Part shown: positions 9,002 through 19,909 of the stretch, in pieces
How positions within the stretch are numbered: the first letter of the stretch is position 1
Layout of the letters: each line of letters begins with the position of its first letter
From: an uncultured Acidobacteriota bacterium
GTDB lineage: Bacteria; Acidobacteriota; JAQAZP01
DNA length: 64,000 bases
Assembly (NCBI GenBank): GCA_963836075.1
Contig: CAWIIB010000001.1
Span: 1,248,001-1,312,000, forward strand
Direction: 5' to 3'
The notes under the pieces: model-generated
Told to the model about the DNA's origin: nothing
What the model saw: only the letters and a program-made list of their open reading frames with translations
The model's database searches: none
Position numbers and translations under genes: made by a program

Positions 9002-10279
9002 TCAAGGTTTCGCGGCGGCCCGCAGCAGGGCTTCGATTTCATCCGAATCGGCGTAGTCAAGGGCGGTCTTGCCTTCGTCGTTCTCGATGGCGGGGTCGGC
9101 GCCATATTCGAGGAGCAGCTCGACCATGGCTTTGCTGCTCTTGGCGGCCGCGTTCATCAGGGCCGTCACACGGTCCCCTTCCGTGATCACCGCGTTTACG
9201 TCGGCGCCGTTGTCCAGCAGCCAGCGAACGATATCCAGGTCCTCGTTTCGGGCAGCGAGAAACAACAGCGTGGTCCCGTCGTCGGCACGGGCCAGGGGGT
9301 CTGTACCGGATTCAGCCAGCCTCAAGGCGACGTCGTGGTGTTCCTGTTTGATGGCCCGGAACATCGGCACACGGCCGAAATGGTCACGCGCATTGACATC
9401 GGCGCCGTTGGCCAACAACAGGTCCACGATCTCGAGATTTCCCTGCTCGGCCGCCAGATGCAGCGGTGTGAGCTGCAGGGTCATGTTGACGTCGTCTCCC
9501 TGCTCGATCAGGGACTTGACCACCGCAACGGTCCCGTGTTCCGCAGCCGTCACCAGGTTCCAATCGTCACCACCACTGAAGGACGACAGATGGAACAGCA
9601 GGATGTACAGTATCGTCATGAGTGTCATGACAATCATGTAGCCGCCCATCCCGAGGACGTACGCGGCGACTGTTTTGAGCACGGTGAGGACCCGGCCTCC
9701 TAAAAAACGTGTGGAAGCATAGCTGAAGTAGGCCAGGGTCACCGGAATGCCGAGGATCGCCGGATGGAGGGAGAACAACGTTGACAGGGGAAGAAGCACA
9801 ACGCCGAACAGCGCTGTATGACCAACGGTGTACAGGGCAAAAACGGCCATCTCGGCCAGGTTGAATCCTGTCCGGCGAAAAAAGAGGCGGAGCATCACGG
9901 CAAAGGGGATCAGGATACCCAGCGACGTGTAGAGCATGTTTTTGAACAACAGCCGCATGAGGTCCGACATGATGGCCACCTGGGCCGGACTCAGCTCGGG
10001 ATTGTCGGTCGTGCCAGCGATCATCGACTCCTGGAAGCCCACGCTGGTCTGGATCAGCACGCTGATCGCGGTGGCCACCAGCAGGTAGGCGAAGGGGTTG
10101 GCGTAGAGCAGCCGTTCGCCTTCGATATAGCGCCGAATCATCTCTCCCGGTTCGGTGAACAGCTCCTTGAACGTGCGCAGCCACCCGTTCTCCAGGCTGA
10201 AGAAGCGGGTCAGCACATCGTGCATGATCTGCCGGAGGGTCAGCCGCTGTCCGTGTGTGTTCTTTTCCAGATCAGGCAT
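9002..10279 (-). CDS. DUF3667-like membrane protein fused to ankyrin repeats
   Basis: ENGWLRTFKELFTEPG...Y..G.R..YANPF N-terminal motif, TM helices, then TPLHLAAEQG and GADVNA ankyrin repeats. Confidence 0.8.
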   Translation of the reverse strand: MPDLEKNTHGQRLTLRQIMHDVLTRFFSLENGWLRTFKELFTEPGEMIRRYIEGERLLYANPFAYLLVATAISVLIQTSVGFQESMIAGTTDNPELSPAQVAIMSDLMRLLFKNMLYTSLGILIPFAVMLRLFFRRTGFNLAEMAVFALYTVGHTALFGVVLLPLSTLFSLHPAILGIPVTLAYFSYASTRFLGGRVLTVLKTVAAYVLGMGGYMIVMTLMTILYILLFHLSSFSGGDDWNLVTAAEHGTVAVVKSLIEQGDDVNMTLQLTPLHLAAEQGNLEIVDLLLANGADVNARDHFGRVPMFRAIKQEHHDVALRLAESGTDPLARADDGTTLLFLAARNEDLDIVRWLLDNGADVNAVITEGDRVTALMNAAAKSSKAMVELLLEYGADPAIENDEGKTALDYADSDEIEALLRAAAKP

Positions 10280-10360
10280 ATTTGAACCGATGGATAGTGT
10301 TCAGCCGTTTTCGTCTCGTATCAAACAGATACGAATACCGGCCGCCGCTGATTCGTCCGA

Positions 10361-11719
10361 TCAGCGAATGATAGTGCTTTTGTTTTCACCTGTCATCAGG
10401 GCAACCGTCTCGGTGATCGAGAAAGCGGAGAACCCGTAGAGAACGAAGGATACCGGGATGCGCATCCTGGCCGAGGCCACCACCAGCGAGACCAGCAGCA
10501 CGTATGACAGCACGGCCAGGAGCAGGGCCCCGAATCCTCGTTCTTCCAGCTTCAGCCAGCGGCGCACCCCGTCGAGGAAGAAGAGCAGCACCACAATGTT
10601 GAACATCAACTGCACGATCACCAGCGTTGTCTCGGCTGGTCCGGCGCGGCCCAGAGACCCGGCCACGCCGGCGGCATCCCGCCGGCCGTCGGAGATGGTC
10701 CGTACCGTGTCCTCACCACCGGCGGCCCCCAGCAGTTTCAGCAGGTTCCTTCGTTCCCCGGCCAGTCCCATCTCGAAGAAGGAAAAGAGCGCTTCGGTCA
10801 CTGTCTGCCCCGGATAGTGCGTGAATACCGCCACCGCCTGGCCCAGGAACCAGCTGTTCAGTGCCGGGATGTCCCGGAGTGGCGCCTCGTCCACCGCCTG
10901 TTCCACCAGCTGCTCCTCGGCCTGCCAGCGGGGGATCTCCGTGGAGCGGGACAGCACCTTGGCCGCGGCCACGCGGTAGAGGTTGTAGTGGAACGCGCTG
11001 CTCAGGGAGAAGCTGCCGCAGACGGCGTGATTCCGCACAGCCCAGGCGGCGGGGAAGATCAGGGCCGCGAGGCAGAACAGCGCCACCTGGCTTCGGCCGG
11101 TCTTGCGGACCAGCAGCCAGACGGCCACCACCACGAACAGCCACGCCCCCAGCGGGCGCACCGCGGCGGAGAGGGCCAGGACCAGCCCTGATGCGGGCAG
11201 CAGACAGAACTGTTGGCGGCCCCGGTAGGCCAGCAACATCAGAAAAGCGGTCAGCACCAGCGCGGCAAAGAGGATGTCCGACATCACCATGTTGGCATAG
11301 ACTGCGTGTCCGGTGTCGGCGGCCAGCAGAAGGCCGCACAGCAGACCGGCCCGGGGGGAGAAGACTCGTCCGGCAATCCAGGCCCCGCCGGCGGCCAGCA
11401 CCGAGCCGAGGATGATCTGCAGCAGAATCAGCAGGGTATGGCCGCCGCCGGGCAGGGCGGTGCAGAGAAGAACGAACAGCGGGTAACCCGGTGTCCGGAA
11501 GACCTCCGGCTGCACCGGGTTCTCCAGCGAGAATCCGCCCCCCCGGGAAAACCGTCCTTGCTCAGCCAGGTGTTGCGCCAGTCCGAGATAGACTCCGGAA
11601 TCGGGCGTGGAGATGCGGCTGAGTTTGAACTGGTGCCCGGCACAGAGCAGGAGACGGATCAGCAGCGCCGCAATGAAGACGGCGAGCAGCGCCTTGCTGG
11701 ATAACCGGGAGTCGCTCAT
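10361..11719 (-). CDS. GT-C fold (ArnT/GT39-like) membrane glycosyltransferase
   Basis: PDS..Y..LA, FRTPGYPLF, MSDILF, AVRP, WAVRN and ARMRIP motifs; polytopic. Confidence 0.8.
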   Translation of the reverse strand: MSDSRLSSKALLAVFIAALLIRLLLCAGHQFKLSRISTPDSGVYLGLAQHLAEQGRFSRGGGFSLENPVQPEVFRTPGYPLFVLLCTALPGGGHTLLILLQIILGSVLAAGGAWIAGRVFSPRAGLLCGLLLAADTGHAVYANMVMSDILFAALVLTAFLMLLAYRGRQQFCLLPASGLVLALSAAVRPLGAWLFVVVAVWLLVRKTGRSQVALFCLAALIFPAAWAVRNHAVCGSFSLSSAFHYNLYRVAAAKVLSRSTEIPRWQAEEQLVEQAVDEAPLRDIPALNSWFLGQAVAVFTHYPGQTVTEALFSFFEMGLAGERRNLLKLLGAAGGEDTVRTISDGRRDAAGVAGSLGRAGPAETTLVIVQLMFNIVVLLFFLDGVRRWLKLEERGFGALLLAVLSYVLLVSLVVASARMRIPVSFVLYGFSAFSITETVALMTGENKSTIIR

Positions 11720-11735
11720 GGAGATTCCCCGGAGA

Positions 11736-13754
11736 TTATCCGCGGACCAGTTTGCGGCCCTGGTGGGCCACCGCCTCGGCGGTGATCCCGAAATGCTTGA
11801 ACAGCTCACCCGCTGGGGCGCTGGTCCCGAACCCGTCCATCCCCACCGCGGCACCATCGAGGCCCACGTAACGCTCCCAGCCGATACGGCTTCCGGCCTC
11901 CACCGAGACCCGGGCGCGCACTGCGGACGGGAACAGTTTGTCCCGGTAGGCCTGGTCCTGCTTCTCGAACAGTTCCCAACTGGGCATGGAGACCACCCGC
12001 ACGGCGATCCCCTCCCCGGCCAGGGTCTGCCCCGCCTCCAGGGCCAGGCCGGTCTCGGAGCCGGTGCCGATGAGGATCAGTTCCGGCAGACCCTCCGACG
12101 ACTCCCAGAGCATGTAGGCCCCGCGACGGACACCCGAGGCCGGCCGGCAGACCCGGCGGTCGATCACCGGCACCTTCTGCCGGGTGAAGATCAGCACCGT
12201 GGGGCCGGTGGTGTTCTCCAGCGCCAGGCGCCAGGCTTCAGGCGTCTCGGTGGCGTCGGCCGGGCGGATCACGGTCATGTTGGGCACCGAACGAAGGTTC
12301 ATCAGCTGTTCGATGGGCTGGTGGGTGGGGCCGTCCTCCCCCACGCCGATGCTGTCGTGGGTGAAGACGTAGATCACCCGGATGCCCATCAGGGCGGCCA
12401 GCCGCATCGGCGGCCGCATGTAGTCGGAGAAGGCGAGGAAGGTGGCGGTGTAGGGAATCACCCCGCCGTGCAGCGCCATCCCGTTGGCGATGGCGCCCAT
12501 GGCATGCTCCCGCACGCCGAAGTGCAGGTTGTGACCGACGAACTGCCGCCAGCCGAAATCCCCGGCCCCCTCGATGGTGGTCTTGGTGCTGGGCGACAGG
12601 TCGGCCGAACCGCCGATCAGCGCATGGACCGACAACGCCAGGTTGCGCAGCACGGTTCCCGAAGCGATGCGCGTGGCCATCGGCTCGCTGTCCGGTGGAA
12701 AGAGGTCATCGAGACCGCCGTCCCAACCCCGGGCCAGTTCGCCCAGCAGCAGCGCATCCAGTTGGGCCGCGTCCTCGGGGAAATCGTCGCGGTAGCTCTG
12801 CAGCCGCTGGTTCCACTCCGTTTCCCCTTCCCGGCCCCGCTCCAGCGCCAGGCCCATGTGTTCACGGACGTCATCGGGCACCAGGAATTCAGGCTCGGTG
12901 GGCCACCCCAGGTTTTCCTTGGCCCAGCGCACTTCCTCCTCACCCAGCGGCTCGCCGTGCACCCGGGCCGTCCCGCCGCGGCGGCTGCCGAATCCGATCA
13001 CCGTCTCGCAAATCACCAGCGAGGGCCGCATCTCGTCTCTCTTCGCTTCCTCGATGGCCGCTTCCACGGCGTCGGCATCGTGCCCGTTCACCGGCCCCAC
13101 CACCTGCCAGCCGTAAGCCCGGAACCGCCGGGCCACGTTCTCGCGGAAGGTAATGTCGATGGACCCCTCGATCTGGATGTGGTTGTCGTCGTAGACCGCG
13201 ATCAGCTTGCCCAGGCCCAGGGTCCCGGCGAGGCTGCCCGCCTCGGATGTGATCCCCTCCTGCATCGCCCCGTCGGAAACGATGGCGTAGGTGAAGTGGT
13301 CGATGATCGGGTTGCCCGGCCGGTTGTAGTGCGCGGCCAGCCAGCGCTCCACGATGGCCATGCCCACCGCGTGGGCAATGCCCTGGCCCAGCGGCCCGGT
13401 GGTCATCTCCACCCCCGGGGTCAGCCCGTACTCCGGGTGACCCGGCGTGCGGCTGCCCAGCTGGCGGAACTTCTTCAGCTCGGACAAAGACAGGTCGTAG
13501 CCGGTGAGGTGCAGCATGGCGTACAGCATCATCGAGGCGTGGCCCGGGGAGAGGACGAAGCGGTCACGGTCCGCCCAGTGGGGATTGGCCGGGTTGTGCT
13601 TGAGAAAGCGTTCAAAAAGGACGTAGGCCAGTGTGGCCGCGCCCATGGGCGTGCCGGGATGGCCGGAGTTCGCTTTCTGGATCGCGTCCACCGCCAGAAA
13701 GCGGATGGTGTTGACGCAGTCGTCGATCAGTTTGGCCCTGTTCTTGGAGTCCAT
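11736..13754 (-). CDS. tkt: Transketolase
   Basis: ANSGHPG, RDRFVLSPGHAS, TTGPLGQG, FGVREHAM, THDSIGVGEDGPTHQPIE. Confidence 0.98.
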   Translation of the reverse strand: MDSKNRAKLIDDCVNTIRFLAVDAIQKANSGHPGTPMGAATLAYVLFERFLKHNPANPHWADRDRFVLSPGHASMMLYAMLHLTGYDLSLSELKKFRQLGSRTPGHPEYGLTPGVEMTTGPLGQGIAHAVGMAIVERWLAAHYNRPGNPIIDHFTYAIVSDGAMQEGITSEAGSLAGTLGLGKLIAVYDDNHIQIEGSIDITFRENVARRFRAYGWQVVGPVNGHDADAVEAAIEEAKRDEMRPSLVICETVIGFGSRRGGTARVHGEPLGEEEVRWAKENLGWPTEPEFLVPDDVREHMGLALERGREGETEWNQRLQSYRDDFPEDAAQLDALLLGELARGWDGGLDDLFPPDSEPMATRIASGTVLRNLALSVHALIGGSADLSPSTKTTIEGAGDFGWRQFVGHNLHFGVREHAMGAIANGMALHGGVIPYTATFLAFSDYMRPPMRLAALMGIRVIYVFTHDSIGVGEDGPTHQPIEQLMNLRSVPNMTVIRPADATETPEAWRLALENTTGPTVLIFTRQKVPVIDRRVCRPASGVRRGAYMLWESSEGLPELILIGTGSETGLALEAGQTLAGEGIAVRVVSMPSWELFEKQDQAYRDKLFPSAVRARVSVEAGSRIGWERYVGLDGAAVGMDGFGTSAPAGELFKHFGITAEAVAHQGRKLVRG

Positions 13755-13979
13755 CGGTGCTGATTCCTCGTTATTCCCGTACAGATCTGCTGTCGGACGG
13801 CGGGCCTTTGTGGCCGCGATCGCCCGGGCCCAGGGGGAAAAGATATGATGTCACGATTTGTCCGCTGTGTAAATTCCAGCGGTTCATTACCCTTCTGCGG
13901 CCTTGCACCGGACCGGCCGATCAACTAGATTCACTTTTCGGATGCCACAGAAATGATTGACCGTCAGAGGTTCAGGGAC

Positions 13980-15245
13980 ATGAATTCAGACACGAACCCG
14001 GCAAAAAGCAGCCGTGTTCTGCACGTGCTGAGCCAGCGCCCGTCGCTCACCGGCAGCGGTATCACTCTCGACGCCCTGGTCCGCCTGGCCGGTGAGGCGG
14101 GCTGGGAACAGCGGGCGGTTGTGGGCGTTCCCGCCGGGGGGCCGCCACCTGAGGTTGGCGGTCTTCCCCGCCAGTGGATCCACCCCCTCACCTTTGCCGG
14201 TCCCGACGACACCTGCCCCACGCAGCTCCCCTTTCCCGTGCCCGGGATGAGCGATGTGATGCCCTACCTCAGCAGCCGCTGGTCCCGTCTCAGCGAAGAA
14301 CAGGTGGATGACTACTGCCGGGCCTGGCGTGAGTATTTGACCGGCATCATCGCGGATTTCCGCCCCCACGTGATCCACGCCCACCACGCCTGGATGGTCA
14401 GTTCACTGCTCAAGGGACTGGCCCCGGACACGCCGGTGGCGGTGCACTGCCACGGCACCGGACTGCGGCAGATGGTCCTCTGCCCGCACCTGGCCGACCC
14501 GGTTCGAGAGGGGTGCAGGACGATTGATCGCTTCATGGTCCTGCACCGGCAGCACGCGAATGACTATGCCAGCGCTCTGAATCTGGAGGCGAACCGCATT
14601 ACCGTGGTGGGCGCAGGGTATGGGGAGGAACTGTTCCACCCCCGGGGCCGGAAGGACGCCGGAGCCCCCGCACTGCTCTACGCCGGCAAGCTGAGCCGGG
14701 CCAAGGGCCTGCCCTGGCTGCTGGACGCGGTGCAGTCCCTGACCGCGGAGATTCCGGAACTGACCCTGCACGTGGCCGGCGGCGGTGACGGCGTCGAGGC
14801 CGACGACCTGCGGCAACGGATCGAGCGGATGGCCCCGCTGGTGACATTTCACGGGCGGTTGGACCAGCAGGCCCTGGCCGAGCTGATGCGCCGCTCGTCC
14901 CTCTTCGTGCTTCCCTCGTTCTACGAGGGACTGCCCCTGGTGCTGGTGGAGGCGCTGGCCAGCGGCTGCCGGCTTGTTTCCACGGCCCTGCCCGGTGTGG
15001 TGGAGGAACTGGGCCCGCGGATGGGCCGGCACCTCGAGCTGGTGCCCCTGCCCCGGTTGCGGGGGGCTGACGAGCCTCGGGAAGAGGACCTGCCGGCCTT
15101 CACCGCCGCCCTGGCCGGTGCCATCCGGGATTCCCTCAGAGCGGGCAGGGAGCATGACCCGGCAGTCACGGATGAACTGGAGACATTTACCTGGAGGGCC
15201 GTTTTTGACCGGGTGGAACGGGCCTGGATGGAAATGACCGGTTGA
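13980..15245 (+). CDS. Glycosyltransferase family 4
   Basis: YAGKLSRAKG and FVLPSFYEGLPLVLVEALASG (EX7E) motifs; an upstream ATG at 13953 is also possible. Confidence 0.9.
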   Translation: MNSDTNPAKSSRVLHVLSQRPSLTGSGITLDALVRLAGEAGWEQRAVVGVPAGGPPPEVGGLPRQWIHPLTFAGPDDTCPTQLPFPVPGMSDVMPYLSSRWSRLSEEQVDDYCRAWREYLTGIIADFRPHVIHAHHAWMVSSLLKGLAPDTPVAVHCHGTGLRQMVLCPHLADPVREGCRTIDRFMVLHRQHANDYASALNLEANRITVVGAGYGEELFHPRGRKDAGAPALLYAGKLSRAKGLPWLLDAVQSLTAEIPELTLHVAGGGDGVEADDLRQRIERMAPLVTFHGRLDQQALAELMRRSSLFVLPSFYEGLPLVLVEALASGCRLVSTALPGVVEELGPRMGRHLELVPLPRLRGADEPREEDLPAFTAALAGAIRDSLRAGREHDPAVTDELETFTWRAVFDRVERAWMEMTG

Positions 15246-15302
15246 AGGGCCGTCCCCTGCCCCATATACTCGTTGCCGAACTCAAACCAAACGGAGTGAC
15301 CA

Positions 15303-15725
15303 ATGAAAATCAGCAAGTACATGTCCACTCGGCTGATCACCACCACGCCGAACACCACGGTGAGGGACGCTTTCCTGACCATGAAAGCCAACCGCGTGCG
15401 GCACCTCCCGGTGGTGGAGGGCGACACCCTGGTGGGCATCATCAGCGACCGTGACCTCCGGCGCCCCAGGTGGGTGGATGCCATGGACGACTGGACGTCC
15501 TATTACCAGATCAGCGACGACACCACGGTGGAGTCGGTGATGACCAGCAACCCCGAAGTGGTGCACACCTACGAGCGGATTTTCCGGGCGGTGGAGATTT
15601 TCCGCGAACAGCGCTACGGCGCCCTGCCGGTGCTGGACAAAAACGAGGATCTGGCCGGCATCATCTCGCCCCACGACCTGCTGGGCGCCCTGGAGGAACT
15701 GCTGGAAAAGACACGGGAGAAGTGA
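15303..15725 (+). CDS. CBS-pair protein (AcuB-like)
   Basis: Two CBS motifs: RHLPVV...GIISDRDL and GALPVL...GIISPHDLL. Confidence 0.9.
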   Translation: MKISKYMSTRLITTTPNTTVRDAFLTMKANRVRHLPVVEGDTLVGIISDRDLRRPRWVDAMDDWTSYYQISDDTTVESVMTSNPEVVHTYERIFRAVEIFREQRYGALPVLDKNEDLAGIISPHDLLGALEELLEKTREK

Positions 15726-15726
15726 G

Positions 15727-16158
15727 ATGGATGCACGGGGTGACCACATCCTGAGCCTGGTCCGCCTCGACGCCGGGGAACGGATAATCGAGACCTTGAA
15801 CCGCTACCTGGCCGGACCGGGACGGTCCATCCGCTCCGGCTTTCTCAGCGGGATCGGCGCTGCCGCCAACTGCGAGATCGGCTACTACGACCTCGATTCC
15901 GGCAAGTACCTCACCCGGGTCATCGAGCAGAGCTGCGAAATCACCGCCCTCACCGGCAACATCACCCGCATCGACGACGAACCGCTGATCCACGCCCACA
16001 TCACCCTCGCCGGCCCCGACTTCACCGTCCTCGGCGGCCACCTGGTGGAGGGAACCATCAGTGTCACCGGCGAGATCTGGATTCACGGGGCGCCGCTGGA
16101 GTTAACCCGCCGGCCCGGGGACTTTCCCGGACTGAAACTGATCCGTTTCACCGACTGA
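15727..16158 (+). CDS. PPC domain (DUF296) protein
   Basis: GIGA, EITALTGNI, HAHITLA and GGHL motifs. Confidence 0.9.
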   Translation: MDARGDHILSLVRLDAGERIIETLNRYLAGPGRSIRSGFLSGIGAAANCEIGYYDLDSGKYLTRVIEQSCEITALTGNITRIDDEPLIHAHITLAGPDFTVLGGHLVEGTISVTGEIWIHGAPLELTRRPGDFPGLKLIRFTD

Positions 16159-16172
16159 TCCCGGAGGAAGAG

Positions 16173-18648
16173 ATGCTCAGCACACCGGCCCGAATGTCCC
16201 TGATGCTCGCCATGGTTTTCCTGGCCACCGCCATGATGTCCGCACCATTGCCGGCGCAGGATGATGCCGCCGCATACCGTCTGCCATCACCGGCCCTGGT
16301 GGAGATGGTGGACGCCCCGCCCACACCACTGGTCAGTGTGGCCCCGGGGGACGAGTGGATGCTGCTGCTCCAGTCGCCCAACCTGCCCTCCATCGCCGAA
16401 CTGGCCGAGCGCGAGCTGCGTCTGGCCGGACTGCGCATCAAGCCCCAGACCAACGGACCGAGCCGCACCCGGCCCTATGTGGGTCTTGAACTGCTGCGCA
16501 TTGCCGACCTGAAGAAAGTGCCGGTGACCGGCCTGCCCGAAACACCTCGCATCGGCAACGTGCGCTGGGCTCCGGACGGAGCCCACTTCTGCTTCACCAA
16601 CACCGGCCCGGCGGGTATCGAGCTCTGGGTGGTGGAAACGACCAGCGGCACGGCGCGGCGGCTCACCGGCCCGCTGCTCAACCTGGCGGCCCGCACCCCG
16701 CCCGGTTGGATGGACAACCAGACCCTGGCCTGCACCATGGTCCCCGAGGGCCGCAAGGCCGAGCCGGCACCACCCAGTGTTCCGTCCGGCCCGGTGACCC
16801 AGGAGAATCTGGGCACCACTTCGCCGAACCGCACCTACCAGGACTTGCTGAAGAACCCGCACGACGAAGCGCTCTTCGAATATTACTGCACCTCCCGGCT
16901 GGCCCTGGTGAATTTGGACGGCAGCATGGAGTTTATCGGCGGCCCGGAGATCGTCTGGGACTTCGACCCCTCGCCCGACGGAAACTTCATCATCATCGAA
17001 ACTCTGCACCGGCCCTGGTCCTACCTGGTGCCCGCCAGCCGGTTTCCCAAACGGATGGAAATCCGCGGCCGGAACGGCAAGCTGGTCCACACGGTGGCCG
17101 ACCTGCCGCTGCAGGAAAGCATCCCCATCGCCTTTGGCAGCGTGGCCACCGGGCCGCGGTCACTGGGCTGGCGCGGTGACACACCGGCCACGGTTTCCTG
17201 GGTCGAGGCCCTGGACGGCGGAGACGCCGGCACCGCAGCGGAATATCGTGACCGGGTATTTACCCTGGCCGCCCCCTTTGACGGCGACCCGCAACCGCTG
17301 ATCACCACCACCCTCCGGTTCAGCAACATCACCTGGGGCGACGACGGCCTGGCCCTGGCCAGCGAGTGGTGGTGGAAGACCAGGATGCAGCGCCTCTGGA
17401 CAATACAGCCGGGAAACCGGGATGCCGCCCCGGTGCTGCTCTTTGAGAACTCCTTCGAGGACCGCTACAACGACCCCGGCCGTCCGTTGACCAAGCGTAA
17501 CCCGCGGGGGCGTTCGGTGCTGCTCACCGGGGGCCAGGGTAAAACACTCTACCTGCTGGGCAGCGGCGCCTCTCCGGCAGGAGACCGGCCGTTCCTCGAC
17601 ATCCTCGATACGGAGACCATGAAAACGGAGCGAAAATTCCACTCGGAAGCGCCGTACTACGAGCGGCCGGTGACCCTGTTGGACGGTGACCCGGGCCGAA
17701 TGCTGACCCGCCGGGAGTCGGTGGAAGAGCCACCGAACTACTTTGTCCGCGACCTGGAAACGGGCGCCCTGCGCCAGGTGACCGAATTCCCGCACCCCAC
17801 GCCACAATTGGTGGGTCTGCACAAGGAACAGATCCGTTACCAGCGCGACAGACGGCGTGATGCTCACCGCCACGCTCTACCTGCCACCGGGGTACGACGT
17901 TGAGCAGGGGCCGCTGCCGCTGCTGATGTGGGCCTACCCCCAGGAGTACAAGAGCGCCGATGCCGCCGGGCAGGTCACCGACTCGCCCTACCGCTTCTCC
18001 CGCGTCGGCTGGTGGTCCCCGCTGCTCTTCCTGGCCGCAGGCTATGCCGTGCTGGACGACCCGACCATGCCCATCGTGGGCGAGGGCGACGAGGAGCCGA
18101 ACGACACGTTCATCGACCAGCTGGTCTCCAGCGCCCAGGCGGCGGCGGACGAGGTGGTGCGCCGCAAGGTGGCCGACGCGCACCGCCTGGCCGTGGGCGG
18201 CCACTCCTACGGCGCTTTCATGACCGCCAACCTGCTGGCCCACAGCGATATCTATGCCGCCGGCATCGCCCGCAGCGGGGCCTACAACCGCACCCTGACG
18301 CCCTTCGGCTTCCAGTCCGAGGAGCGGACGCTCTGGGAGGCCCCGGAGATCTACTTCGCCATGTCCCCCTTCATGCACGCGGAGAAGGTCAACGAGCCGA
18401 TGCTGCTGATCCACGGCGAGGCGGACAACAACTCCGGCACCTTCCCCATGCAGAGCGAACGCTACTACAACGCGCTCAAGGGTCACGGGGCCACGGCGCG
18501 CCTCTGCTTTCTGCCCCACGAGAGCCACGGCTACCGGGCGCGGGAGTCGGTGCTGCACATGCTGTGGGAGACCGAGCAGTGGCTGGACACGTACGTGAAG
18601 GACGCGGAGCCGAAGCCCGAGGGTGAAGAAGAGGAGAGAGTAGAGTAG
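16173..18648 (+). CDS. S9 family peptidase (glutamyl peptidase-like), split by a frameshift at about 17850
   Basis: ORF 16173..17903 (signal peptide, propeller) continues in ORF 17857..18648 (GHSYGAFM nucleophile, DNNSGT, ESHGY); the expected YQRxDGV reading has one extra base (CGCGACAGACGGC). Confidence 0.88.
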
Positions 18649-18653
18649 AGAGA

Positions 18654-18689
18654 ATGGGGACTGTCACGCCTTGGTGACTGCCCCCAATT
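18654..18689. repeat. REP-like imperfect palindrome between convergent genes, possibly acting as a terminator
   Basis: GGGGACTGTCAC...GGTGACTGCCCCC shares the GTGACTGTC core with 2292-2419. Confidence 0.5.
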
Positions 18690-18692
18690 CCC

Positions 18693-19313
18693 TTACTGCG
18701 CGGCGACCGAGAACGGCACCTCGATGGGTGGTCTGTCCCGCAGGTTTTTAACCACCATGGTCAGGGTGCCGGTCATGCGCCGCCAGTCCTCTATCTCGTA
18801 GTACAGGATATCGACGAAGCGGCTCACCGTCGGCATGTCAAACTTGTCCACGATGATCCGGTCCGCGTTGTTGGAATAGAAGTTGGCGCGCATGTTGCCG
18901 CTCAACCCAATGCCACTGTTGAGCAGGCCGATAAACTCGGTGGTGTTGGCCAGTTCGTAGTCGTAGTTGACCCGGTTATAAATCGACTTGAGCTGTGTCG
19001 GGGGCACCGGCTGGTATTCGATGCCGTACTCGTCGCGGACCACGAAGTTGGCCGCCTCGACGTGGATGTTCTCCGCCGAGTTGTTGCGCACCAGGATCTG
19101 CAGCGGCAACACCGTTTCGGACCGGCTGTGCCGGGCCAGCTTGGTGCCCACCACCACACTGACGTTCTCGTCGGTGGAGACATAGGCAAAGGGGTTGAGC
19201 TTTCTCCCGTCGGCGGCATGGTGGGGGTCGGACGAGAGTTTGACCAGGCATCCCCCGCTGATCAATACGGCCGCCACAAGCAGCGCGGCGGTCAGGGCTG
19301 TTCTCCGTCTCAT
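18693..19313 (-). CDS. Hypothetical lipoprotein
   Basis: MRRR, hydrophobic stretch and ISGGC lipobox; GGAG RBS upstream. Confidence 0.7.
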   Translation of the reverse strand: MRRRTALTAALLVAAVLISGGCLVKLSSDPHHAADGRKLNPFAYVSTDENVSVVVGTKLARHSRSETVLPLQILVRNNSAENIHVEAANFVVRDEYGIEYQPVPPTQLKSIYNRVNYDYELANTTEFIGLLNSGIGLSGNMRANFYSNNADRIIVDKFDMPTVSRFVDILYYEIEDWRRMTGTLTMVVKNLRDRPPIEVPFSVAAQ

Positions 19314-19470
19314 GCTGTGCGCTCCCTGATGATGTTATTGTTCTCGTGCATCCAGGATCACGGTCACCGGAAGTATACAACACGGCCCAGGTGACTTGTA
19401 CTGTGCAGACACAATTCACCGTTGCCGGCCGGCGGGGCCGGCGGGCTGGACACGCCTTGAGGCAGGTTCG

Positions 19471-19668
19471 CTACTTCTGGCCGTGGTGGCCGGGCATGAA
19501 CGTGGATTTTTTCTGCTTGCGTCGTGGTCTGCCCACGAATGAACGGCCGCCGAGCATCTCGTCCAGAGCTTCCCGTTCCCGCCTGCGTGTCACCTGGCGT
19601 TGCTCGCGAACGGCCTTGAGCCGTTCGCGTCCGCGCCGGGTGTTTTCCGAGACGGACATCTGCGCCAT
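19471..19668 (-). CDS. Small, highly basic hypothetical protein (65 aa)
   Basis: Strong RBS AGGAGGAGG before ATG 19668; MAQMSVSENTRRGRERLKAVREQRQ... Confidence 0.55.
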   Translation of the reverse strand: MAQMSVSENTRRGRERLKAVREQRQVTRRREREALDEMLGGRSFVGRPRRKQKKSTFMPGHHGQK

Positions 19669-19799
19669 GGCCCACCTCCTCCTGCCCGGGGGACCTCTTT
19701 TGACAGACCGATCACGACCCCGGGGTCGAAAGAAAAACAGATGGAATCTGTCCATGGTTAAGATTTAAGTTCCTGATCCGAAAATGTCAAGAGCCCGCG

Positions 19800-19829
19800 T
19801 TGACTGATTGCTCCCTGAAATCTTACAAT
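19800..19829 (+). promoter_or_regulatory. Putative sigma70 promoter for the Npt/HEAT gene
   Basis: TTGACT-N18-TACAAT; a divergent TTGACA lies on the - strand at 19785-19790. Confidence 0.45.
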
Positions 19830-19909
19830 CCTCGCCGGTTACCCTGTCCGCACACTGACCAGCCGATGATGAAGGAGCCGGCGCCGTGCCGGCCCACCGG
19901 GGAGACACC

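Noticed and set aside
11607-13763. Long + strand ORF (718 aa) and similar long ORFs at 34852..36816, 57633..59687 and 60938..63223
   Set aside because: Antisense shadows of well-supported genes in high-GC DNA, with no recognisable motifs.
19364-19675. Alternative 103-aa ORF on the - strand
   Set aside because: It overlaps the 65-aa ORF that has the correctly spaced strong RBS, and its composition looks non-coding.
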